NCBI GenBank assembly: GCA_018062515.1
Contig: JAGOSC010000003.1
Span: 14,495 to 78,494 of the forward strand
Source: Candidatus Omnitrophota bacterium
GTDB taxonomy: Bacteria; Omnitrophota; Gorgyraeia; Zapsychrales; Zapsychraceae
Length of the DNA: 64,000 nt
Reading direction: 5' to 3'
In this document: piece after piece, positions 45,901 through 57,900 of the stretch
How the letters are laid out: each line of letters opens with the position of its first letter
Position numbering within the stretch: position 1 is the stretch's first letter
The notes under the pieces: generated by a model
The model's input: only the letters and a program-made list of their open reading frames with translations
The model's database searches: none
What the model was told of the DNA's origin: nothing
Translations under genes and position numbers: made by a program

Positions 45901-48900
45901 TTTCCTGTTGTGATTGAGCTATACCGCTCATGGTCACCATTTGTGAGAACCATACGCCGACGAAAGCCAAAAATACCGCGAATGGGAAGCCGGCAAAACC
46001 GCTGACACCCAAATAAAGGACGGTGAATATATATGACGGAACCGCTAACATAATGAACGGTTTCTTGGTAAAGAAGCTGATCGTGAAGAAGAGCATCATT
46101 TTTTGATACCAATTAAATTCTTTACTCTTCATTAAGCGGGTTAATTGACGTCCAAGACCTAATTCCGCCCCGCCAGCCGCAAATTTTTGGAACGGAACAG
46201 AACCGCCCGCGACGCTGACCTCGCGACCTTTACCTACCTGTAAATATTCACGGTGAGCGATGTAGTAACCTTTTCTCTTCAACCAAACTTGAATCGCTAA
46301 CATAATGTCTTCGGATACATAATCCGGAGGAAGCGTTCCGAATTCTTTTAATAATTCAGTTCTGAAAAATGCGCCGTGACCATAGAAACCTAATGCCGCA
46401 GACATGGCATTTACACGCATGACAAATGTTGTCCATGTGCGGTCACCGAAACCATGAACCTTACCAATCCAGTTGAACTTATCGGTGATGATATATTCAG
46501 CGACGTTAACCGCCATCAATTGCGGATCATCGTTGAATTCGGCCAAAAGGTTCGGGAATTTCAAGGCGTCTTCGAAGCGAATATCGTTATTAGCATCCAA
46601 GAACAAGTTGATGTCGCCGGTTGAATAGTTCATCATATTGTTTTGATTCATCGGTTTATAGTTTGGATAAATATTCCACTTTGCCGGTGATCCAAATTCT
46701 TTAAACGTTCCTTCTCTTGGATTAAATTTGTACATACTGTGTTCTTCGTCCGTCAAGAAAGCGACTTGAAGCATTGGATATTTACGTAATAAGAATTTAA
46801 GGTCTTCAATCTTACGGCGCTCTTCTTCCTTGTCATGTTTTTCTAATTTTTTGAAACTTTGATATGCCCAAACGATCTGTAATTTTTCAGCGACTTTAAG
46901 ATCGACAGCGGCTTCACTATGAGCAATTTCCGGGAATAATTGTTTAACGATAAAGCGGTAGGCTTCCCAGGCAGTAATGAGGCCCATAATGGTTCGGTAA
47001 AACGGATGGAAACGCATATTGACGAAGTCTTCCACCATTTCCGTAATCTCTTGGACGATTTCGCTATTCATATTTGTTGGGAACATAAACTCTTCTGTAC
47101 CTTCCAAAGCGCGCCATTCTGAAATGGTTGATTCGTCAATATTTTTGCCATATGTAGTAACTAAACGGCTCACAAAATTCTGCCATTCATCCGGCATTTC
47201 CTTAATAATGTGCGTTAACTTGGTTTTACCGACACCGCCCTCTTCTTTATTCAGGTCGGAGAAGTGAACCATAACAACTTCATCATTACCAACGGCGTTG
47301 ATCGTCAATTTCGGTAATCTTGTCCATGCCGGCATGGTTGGCATTCTCATCTTGACGACGCTAGTCATATAGAATTGTAAACGCTCTCTGACTTCTTCAT
47401 TTTTAAAGGTTCTGCTGAAATCATTAATAGCTACGCGTTCTTTTTCTTCTTGATCAATTAAATTCTTTTCGTATAAGTGTTTAGCAATTTCACTGCCTGT
47501 TTTCTTAGCGCCAAAATTTTTATCTAATTTGCTTACAAACGCGTCGGCATTTCTTCTTAACCCGCGGGCTGACGTAATAAAGCCTAATCCATCCATCCAT
47601 CCCTTTATTGAACCAGTGATCCATTGTGTAAAGTTAATAAAGGTAAATGTATCAAGAAAGTAGAACATGATGAATGTTGACCAAATAGCAATCGCTAGTC
47701 CCCAACCGGCAACCATACTTAAAGTATGATCTCCAAAAATATTAGACGTTATAATCTTTAAACTACTAAAGACGAAATCATTCCAAACATACTTAAATCC
47801 AAACGTAACGGCCCAGAAGAATGTACTAAAGGACAACTCTTTAAGAGAGCGTCTAACATAATTCTTTCTCAAATAACTGCTACTTATTCCTTTATCTATT
47901 CTGCTTGCCGTATTTACTATATTTCGGATGTTTTGAATCAAATTCTTAACAACCAAAAAGGCTATAAAAGCAATGGCCGCCCATGTCACAAATACCGGAA
48001 TCACCGCATAAATCGGTCCTAAGATAATGATCAATGTCGCCGGAATGGACAAAACAAATGGCCAGTTATTTTTACTATATTGAACAGCACCTCTAAATCC
48101 GGCAAAGTAAGCTGATGCCGCAATGATTATGCTTACCAGCATGATCGCAACTGAGGTAATAAGCATATTATCCGCCAAACCGTAAAACGCGATAACTCCA
48201 TTTAGGATTAAACCAATTACAACGCCGATGATAATATAAGTTTTGCGTGAGGCATAATTTCCGGATTTATCTTTGTATGTCTTGAATTTCTGAATTTTCT
48301 CTGCAATATTTTTAAAACTTGTACTATCTTTGTGTTTATACAACAATGTACCTAAACGGCCTAATCGTTTGAGTCCTTCCTCAAGTGGTAGTTGATTTCC
48401 TTCATTATCTCTTAGTTGCTTACTCAATAAATCTTTAACAAATTCTCGATTATTCAATTGATCAATCAAATCTTCCCAGGTAATTCTAGATTCTTTTTCC
48501 ATATCACCGACCGCTCCGCGATCATAGAATCTAGTTAAATTGAAGTACCATAGATCAATTTCCTTACCGAAGCGTTCTCCAACTCCTGCAGCCCATTTTT
48601 CTTTATCGTGGATATTACTGTCGATCAACTCTCGCAACATAATGGTATATCTTAATCGCGGCAGAATGGCGCGGATATGTGAACCGCGGGTAAACATAAG
48701 CACAAATAATACATACATTTCAAAATTGAATTTAATATTTTCGGGCAACTTTTGTCCGATTTGTATCATCCAATCATTGAATTCACTGAAATTATCGTCG
48801 AGGAATTTATCAGCGGATCGGTTGGTTCCATATAACATGTCAATGATTTTGTATAAGGCGATATCAACGGTTGGTTTATCAAAACCAAATTTTTCAGCGA

Positions 48901-51900
48901 CCGGCTTGATTTTATTTTCGATGGCGATATAAAAATCTTTCATGGCTTTATCAATCTTATTATTGGATTCAGAAATCTTATCCTTTGAACCGCTTTCCCC
49001 TTTCACCAGCTCTTCTTCTATTTTCGCAAGTTCTTCGGTCTTTATTGTCTCCAAAACTTCTTTCGCTTTCGCAAGATCTTCCTTAGACATGATCTTTTCT
49101 CGAGTAACCATTACTTCCAGCGTATTAATTTCTTCTCCTGACTCATCACGTCGATCACCGATAACATATTTGGTGAAGTCATTGCCATTTTTCTTTCTGC
49201 GTTTGGCTAATAAATTGCCTACTCCATAAGATAGTGGACGGCCAACATAACTCCACAAGAAGAGGATTAATGCGGCGATGCTGATCCATTGCATAATCTT
49301 GAACGAATCACCGTTGAAAATTCGGTCAATAAAGGACGTTTGATCAACATCAAATACTACATCAACGGTTTGATTTTCTTGATCAACCACAGTATGGAAA
49401 GGAATATCGAAACTTTGATTATTCTTAAGTTCCCATTGCTCGTCAAAGGTACGGTCCAATTCGGTTAATTCATCCAATCGTTTCGTGTCGGCAATTTTAC
49501 CGTCTTCATAAATATAACGTCTTACATAAACATTGCCTGAAGCTTGATCTTTTTCGGTGACGATGATCACTTCACGCACAATTTTCTTACCATCAACATC
49601 TTTGATAAAGGTATGAGAACTATTAAAGATAACGCTTAATTTCCAATTTCCATCTCCATTATGTGTCGTATAAGCTCTGACGGGTTTTTCATTCTCGTCG
49701 TAGATAACATATTCAACGCCGGATGTTATAATCGGCGCACCGGCATAACCTTGCGCCACCGGATAGAGAAGTTTATGAAATCCTTTAGCCAATAATTTTC
49801 CGCCCGGAGAACGAATTTGTGTGATTTTGAATTGTGAGTCAAGTACAAGAGATTCATAACCTTCAAGTGTCTTAATCACCTTGCCGGCTTCATCATAATA
49901 TTCAAACTGTACTTTATGCGTAGCATCGCGAGAGATTTTTGCGAACACAGCTCCATATTCACCTGGCCCACGGGTGACTGTAAAGTTTTCAAATTTTTGA
50001 CGGCTATACTCAACGTCTGGTGAACGGAAAACTTCAACTTCGGTTAATTGATGATCTTTTCCGACGACAATAGCGCCAGGCTGGACACCGCTGAACATGC
50101 GTGTTAATGTCGTCAACTCGCCGCCATTGTAGCGGACTTGTAAATCGTAAACTCCTTCAAAGTTCCATAAATTAATTCCTAAATCACCATTGGCGAACAA
50201 TACGGCGATTTTGCGTCCGCGAGCATCATTCGGGATCAGGAATTCATGTGTGGTCGTTGTTTCAACTTCTACCGGCTTTCCATCGACGAATGTTTTCGGT
50301 GTGACGAGAACTTCCGGTAATTTGGTATCCGGATAAATGCGCAACGATTCCATAATCTTCCAGAAGCCGCCTTGTTGCTGAACGCGTTCATATTCAGCCG
50401 GGAAACGTTTAGCTAAAGCTTCCATGTAGGTATTGATGACTTGCGGAGTAAAGAGACGTTTGGCAACCACTGTTCTGTCTTCATGAGGAATTTGCATACT
50501 GCGTCGGTAAATATCATAACGGGCTATTGAGAATGTTTCATTCGTCGCGTCATAGACTTTCAGTGAAAGCTCGCCGAATAATGTTCCGTCAGCTAATTTT
50601 TTAACTTCAAATTTTTCGAATTCTGAATGAGTATAAACAACATTTTCTACAGTACCATTCGGATGTCTGACATCCATACTCATAATACCACCCGTCGCTA
50701 AATAAGGATTTTCTTTGCCGTAGATATATTTGGATCTAATAGCTATGATCATATCCCGATTTTCTCTATCCGGAGTGGCGTCGTTTGCGTCAATTTCTTC
50801 TAACAATATGCCTTCAGCAGAGAAGATTTCGATAATATTTCGATAAATTCCGTCACTTAGTACAAGGGTTTTTGTTCTGGTTAATTCGCTAGTCTTATCA
50901 TTATGAGAATATTGGCCATACTTATATTTAAGAATCCAGCGTTTTGACGTTGTATCGTATTCGTAACCGCGTCCGCCGATTTCTTGACCTTGGGCGTTAT
51001 AGATCGGATAAAATCTTTGATCTTTTCCGTCTTGGGTATGGGTCGTTCGGTAAATAAGCTTTCCGTTGACTGTTTGAATGGTGGTTGATTTTTCTAAGTA
51101 TTCTTTCTTGTCATAATCGTACCATTTTGTTTCTTTAAGGATGACGGTTTCGTTGTACGGATTGAACATTCCGACGATGCTCTTAATTACTTTTCCGTTA
51201 ACCTTGATATCAACTTCTTTAGCTGATTGTTGAGCGCCTCGGCCATATCCGCCTTCGGATTGCGCGCCGGCTTTATTTATTTCATAACCTAAAGCGTTGA
51301 AGGTCATTTTCTTGGATTTTCCGGTTCGATAGTCGGTATAGACGATCGTGACTTTAGCGTCGGTTGGTTCAGCGTCGATGTTGTAATAAATGGTGCGTGT
51401 TCCGGCGATCTTGACTTGATGTGCGGCGAAATATTCAATCACTTCTTCGGTATAAGCTTCCATATCTTCGTAATTGTTGTAACTTCCGGTAAATTTAATT
51501 CCGTTCTTATAGATTTCCGTTGATATTTCGATACCGGTTTTTGGATCGTATGTCGGGATGGTGATAAATTTATCGTTAGCTGCGAAAAAGCGTTTTCCGT
51601 TGCGATAAATTTCAACGCCTTCATTTGTTTTCCATTCCGGATTGATTTTCTGAATAATCAAACTCTTATTGATCGGGAATGTTACCGTCGCTAATACTGT
51701 TTCTTCTTGGCCATCTCCGTCGACATCGATGTCAATTTGGAAGTTGGTGAAATTGCCGTTAACAATATTGAGGCGTTCAATTTCGGATAATGTTTTGATC
51801 TTATCCATGACCTTGTTGAGCATGACCAAATCGTATACCTTATATCCTTGTTCGTGAACATAAGCGTCGCCGAGTTCGATTTCGCCGGATGCTGTTTCTA

Positions 51901-54900
51901 CAATCTTGTTGAATGTAATTCCGCCGCGTCTATAGTTGAACTTATTGCCGTTGACATCGGTATAAATGCCGCCGTTCTTAAGCACATTGAAGCGTCGGGT
52001 ATTTTCCAAGTTTTGTTTTTCACGTTTAACATCTTCTTCCATTTGTTTAAGCCCGGCGATGATAACAATTCTTTCTAAACGTCCATCCTTATGCGCGATG
52101 AGGAATTCCATTTCATTCTTGGAACTGGTGAATTCAATATCCATGCGAAGGGCTTTTAGCTCACGTAAGCGGATCTTTTCATCTTTTGTTAAAGTACGTT
52201 CTTTTTTCGTTTGCTCTAATTGAACCTTTTCCTTCAAATCGTCTTTTAAATTCATATAGTATTCATAGTTTTCTTCGCCGGGCTTCACTTCAGTCTTTTG
52301 CACTTCTTCGAGAGTTAACTTTTTCGCCTTTGAGTTATATTTGGCAAATTCATTAGAAATAATCTTAACTTCTTTACCGATTTCATGAGCGATGCGATTT
52401 AAATCAGCCTTCATTAATATAGTTAAAGCTGTTTCATCCGTACCTTTCTCCTCGTCGGATAATTGATCATAAAGTTGCGCAAACATATTCGTTGGGTCAA
52501 TGATATTTCCGTTAACCTTGACTCTAAAATCAATACCTGCATTGCCGCTGTTTCCAATAATTTCACCAACTTTAATTCGATCGCCGATCATGACATCAGC
52601 ACCAGATAAATCTCCGTACACGATGCTGATTTTATTTCCTTCATAATCGATGGCGGTCTCAACTTCAATTTCAAACTTGCCGTTCTCTTTATCTTGTCCG
52701 ACATGGATGACTTCGCCGGTCATATTTGACGGGATTTCTGTATCGTCGGCGACAGCGATGGTGATTCGGTCATTATCTAATGTGAAACGTCCGTCTTTAT
52801 ACGGGCTATTATGGATAAGTTTAGATCGTAATAAAGCCATTCGAAGCGCTGCGAATTTCTTCACATCAGCTATGACAGTTGGTTTTGTAATTTGATTATT
52901 TTCAATTTTCGTTGTTAAGAAATTATCGCCGGCCACGACGCTGATGAAATATTGAGCGGTTGAGCCTAAGGCTTGATTGCCCACGGCAGTTTTAGATCCA
53001 ATACCGGTTTCAACGCCTTTAAGGGTGGCTTGCGGGAAGCTGCCGTCTTCATTCATCATTAATTCAAGTTGAGGTCGGTATAGTTTGACCCGTTCAATTT
53101 GCACATTAGCCTCGTCGAGTAAACCATATTGTCTGAAATATGGAATGAACATTTTGAATACGCCGATCGCTTGGGCGGTTTCTTTAGTAAATCCTATTCT
53201 TCGTTTACTTTCATCCGTGACGTCATTACGCTTGGTCATGGCGGTCTTCAAGTCAACTAAATCAAACAAGCTGACTTCTTTTCCTTTATACATAACGTTA
53301 ACGCCGAATGTCTCGACGATTTTGTTGAGAAGTTTGGCGAATTCCCGGGCGGCTTGCTCATTGGTCATGCCTTTTGTCTTGATAAAGGTGTCAGCATATT
53401 TTTGTGGGCCCATGGCTTCTATCAATTGCATTTGAACATCCGACGTGAATCCTTCAGCATCTTTTTGATTTTTAAATAATCCGGTTTCTTTATCTCTCAA
53501 GGTTTTAATAAAGCTTAAGCTTCTGCGGCTAGCTTCCCGGGAGTCGTCATCATCATTTTGCTCAGCATAATTATTGAAGAAGGCATATACAATCAAATTG
53601 GTTCTTAAGTCTTCAGCATTAGGAGTAATTCCTCTTTCTGAAAGCGGCAAGATATATTCCGGAAGGACTTTACCAAGTTTCAAATCAGTGTCTCCGAACC
53701 GTTTAACTGTCAGTGTTGTTTTTTGGTCTTGTACATCCAGCATCAAATCTTTAATATCTTCCAACATACGATGATAGCGGTAATCATGCGTGGACTTCTC
53801 ATAAGTCATAATTGCCAAACCAATCGCCGCGGTGGTAGGTACATGCGGATTTCCATGAGGTTCACCGGTATTGACGTCGATATCGCGCGCGAATCCGCTG
53901 AAGGAAACGCCACGGCCTTCGACTTGTTTCTTATAGCTAATATTATAATAATAATTAAGTGTGCGTTTGATGCTCTTGATATCGTTACTGATTAAATTCT
54001 TGATAATATCCTCCGCGTGATCCATACCAGTTCCGATTGAATATGAACCAGGCATTTCTTCGTCATAAGATTTAGGCGTTCCCGTCGGTGTGTTATACGC
54101 GCCAAAATCACTACCCATGTTCGTAGAAACTCCACTTTCTTTCAGCGCGAGCTTCATATTTTCCAAAGTTTCCATTTCTTGATGGATCTTCTTCAACTGA
54201 CTCTTAATTCCGTTGCGGGTAAATATAATCACTCTCTTATGTTCTGTGCCGTCGGCGTCAATGGTTGTTGCCAGTGTGACCGGAACTTGTATGGTACGGC
54301 CTTTGCCGTCGTCGATCTCTACGGATTGCACTGTTTTAAATAGGGCATTATATTGTTCTTGGGTATATGTAACGGCTTTATCATTGAATATGTTTGAGCG
54401 AATATCATAGGCTACAATGTTTTTATTATCTTCAATGCGATTCAAATGCTTGAGAAGATCCTTTTCCCAACCTAAAGTAAATGAATAGAACGGTACACCG
54501 ATACTAAATCTGAGCCCGGTCGGCGCTTCTTTAAATGGATAGCTCAATTTGTTATCACCGAATAGATCGGAAGCCCAATTAATCACGGATCGGCCATCTA
54601 ATCCAATGTTGACCACGTTCAAAATCTTATCGAGATAGGTAGCTTTCTGGGTCAATAAATCGTCGAATCTCTGATAATGAATTTGATGGCCAAGGAATAT
54701 GGATGATAAGGCCTCACCAATATTGACGCTGCCATTATATTTGATAATGCGCTGGCTTAAAATATTGACCAAGGTTGGATTTTTAGGTATGTCATACACT
54801 GGTATAATTTCTGTCCAATATTTTGGATCTATTTTTGGCGTCGATGGATCAACACCATTCAATCCAAACGATGATGGGTTGGTATTAGGATCTTGGAATT

Positions 54901-57900
54901 CTTTAGGTTGAGCGGATTTAATATTTTTCTCGGTGTTCAAACTTTCGGCTGCTCCGAGGAAAGAGGCGGCGTTCGACAATAGCCCCATGATAAAGCCGAT
55001 GTTTCTTTCGGCTGGAAGGCTCTTTAGATAACTAAACATACGCTCAGCATCTTCCGGTGTGAAATCACTTTCTAGTCTTTTCTCGGCTCTTCGTTTGTAT
55101 TCATCCTTGGCGCTCTGTGGAAGGGCGTTCCAACGTTTTGTGAATTCCCGGTCAAATTTATTTTGACTGAGCGTCTTTAAAGTCGGATCATTTTTCAATA
55201 ATTCTTCATTGAATAGGTATTTCTTATAGAACCGTATTTGCTCATTCTTCGTCGGGGCTTTAGGTGCTTTTTCCGGTTGAGTCATCATATCAAATACTAT
55301 TCCAGTCCCTGCCGTTAACAGCTTGAGCGGCGGGAAGAATCCTGTAAAGATATCGGCAAAGCCCGTGAAGAGATTAAAGACGCTTCTTTTCTCTAAAGTC
55401 TTTAACTGCTCTTTCTGTGCTTCTACTCTATTTTCTGCTTGCATCAAGCCCATAATGGCCTCGACTTCCTCGGCCTTATGCGTGTTCATGCCGTAAATAA
55501 TCCAGCTTTGATTGCCTTCTTTATCTTTTTCATCTTCGAATACTGAAATTCTTGGCAAAGGAGTTTGGCTGTATAACTTATTCACTGTTTTACGCCATTG
55601 CCCGTTGACATCCTTAACTTTCGTCACGATGACCGGATGTCCGGCTGATTTGTCTTCAAACTCTCTGGTATCGTCGTCGACCAAGAATTTCACGGCTTCA
55701 CTAATCATGCCGTCTTTGGTATTTACGATGACCGCTGAATATGGGTCTTTGCTTGGCGGCAACATGGCCTTTGAAAATTCAGGCGTTTCGCTGATTAATT
55801 CATCGCGTTCTTCAAGATCTTGGGTCTCTAATATATCTAATAATCGTATCAATACTTGTCGGTCACGAAGAACCGTTTCAGCCTTTTGAAGTTTAAGCTG
55901 CTGAGCTTTTTCACCGGAGCGTAGAATACCGCTGATCGGATTTCCTTGAAGGTCAAAACCTTGAACAACAGCAATCATGTCTTTTCCGAATTCTTCAGCT
56001 TCTCTGATTTGTTCATCGGTTAATTTAACGTAATATGGTGAAGTCGTAATATCTTCAAACGGATGTTTTCCTGCCTCAAGCTTGGCTTTATAAATCGTAA
56101 TGGATGCGTTTTCTTTGAATTTGTCAAATGATGGCTGATCATAGAGTGGCATGACGATCTCGTTGTAAGTATCCGGATTCATTGATATGACAAGATACAT
56201 TGGGCTGTCAGCACCGTTTTGTGTCATCAATTCATCAGCCGCTATTCCGTTGATCGACGCTGTGACGGTTCGTTCCAAAGTCTTTTGATCACCATCAATG
56301 TGAAGATTTTTCAATATTTCTTGGCGTTCTTCATCGCTTTGAGCACCGACGATATCTTTAGAAATTTTATTAAACTCTTTGTATAAATCGATCGTTTCAT
56401 CGTCTTGTTGTTTATCTTGATCGAGAGAAATTACCGGTTTGTATGGCTGGACCTTGATGTCTTTAGCTTCGTCGATCAATGTGCTCAACTCAGGCAATGT
56501 TCTGGCATTTTTCAATTTAATTTGAGCAGATTGTTTGGTGACATCAAAATCGTATCGTTCGGTTAATTTGATTCTTGTATCAATCAATGATTTTGTTTCG
56601 TAATGATTGATTGTTAATGATGTTGGGGCTTTCCCTAATTCTTTAAATTTGGTCGGCATTGGCGGAAGATAATTGTTTACTTCTTCTTTCTCGACGTTAG
56701 CTGGCACTGAAGTAATCGCCTTGAATTCACTCATGTCAGATGAAATTGTTTCATCGGTATCACCAAATTCAGTTTTTGTGGTGCTTTCTTCACTTGATGT
56801 ACCTTCTTCAACGTTCGTATCATTGCTAACAAAACTATGTCGTTGGCCGCCTCGGTGTTGTTTCTTCATAGCCATAAGCTTTTGATCCAATTCGCTCTTT
56901 TCGTAAATGCTCATGACATCAGACACATATTTACGTGTATCTTTGATTTCCGGAATTGAACCAGCAGCATTGTTAACCGCGTCTTCTCCGGCGTGATATG
57001 AGGCTAAAGCAAATTCTTTGCTATCAAATGACTTGAATTGTTTAGCGAATTGATATGAGCCAGCCAAAACGTTGATCGCTGGATCAAAAATGTCTGATTC
57101 TTTCCAATCCATCTTCAATTCTTGTGCAATTTTCATAAATTGTTCCGGAGTAATTTGCATTAATCCTCGGGCATTATTTTCAGTAGAGATTTTGTTTGGA
57201 TCAAAACCGCTTTCCTTAATAATGATCGCTTGAATCATTTGTCTGAAACTATCGCCATTTTTGAATTGCTTATTGAGGTTAAGGTCATCCATGTCAAAGA
57301 CCTTGTTAATGGAGCTTGAAATCTCAGCGTTTAAGCTCATTAAATCTGAAGACATAACCGTGTATTTAGCTAACATTTCAGTCACTACGTTTCTGTCGAA
57401 GTTTTCAGCTGGATTTGGTCCGACACCGTCTTTATGGAATTTTTCCATAGTAGACTTGGCCCAAGAAGGCATAACATTTGGCTGATCAGCATTAAACCAT
57501 TGACGTGAACCCATATCCAAGTGAAGTTGAGTCTTATAGAATCCAACCCCTTTAAATCCAGCTTGTAAGCCCATTTCCAAGAACAAGGCTTTTTCTTGAT
57601 CAGTTAAGGATTGTGTTTGGAAGTCAAATGCTCGGCCGGTATGATGTTCTTTTCCATCAACGCCTTCTGTATCTGTAGTTAATCTTGTTCCACTGCGATG
57701 TTCATCTTTGCCGTCTGGACCTTCATGATTAATTTGAACGAACTTGCCGCTCACCGTTGTAAACGCTCGGCCTAATTCATCGGCGGTCAAGGCAGCATGC
57801 GCATCAACGTCTGTTCCCGGCGCCGTCATGTCGGAAAGATCATAATGTTCAAGGTCATTATTTGAAGCCGTCCATTTACCTTCAACTGAATGCTGAAGCA

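Noticed and set aside
45594-46112. 172-aa minus-strand ORF in an alternative frame inside the giant gene
   Set aside because: It is wholly nested in the GT48 module, which has strong in-frame homology, and its translation has no recognisable features.
46100-47500. Initial reading of this region as a GT2 cellulose-synthase-like domain (DxD / TED / QxxRW-like spacing)
   Set aside because: The longer blocks, especially LFLDANNDIRFEDALKFPNLLAEF and EYLQVGKGRE, match conserved Fks1/GT48 blocks far better than GT2 motifs. Retained as GT48.
52480-52760. Calling the M23-like domain an active endopeptidase
   Set aside because: The first Zn motif (HxxxD) is present, but the HxH motif is not visible at the expected position (IDFRV). 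It is more likely a degenerate regulatory LytM-type domain.
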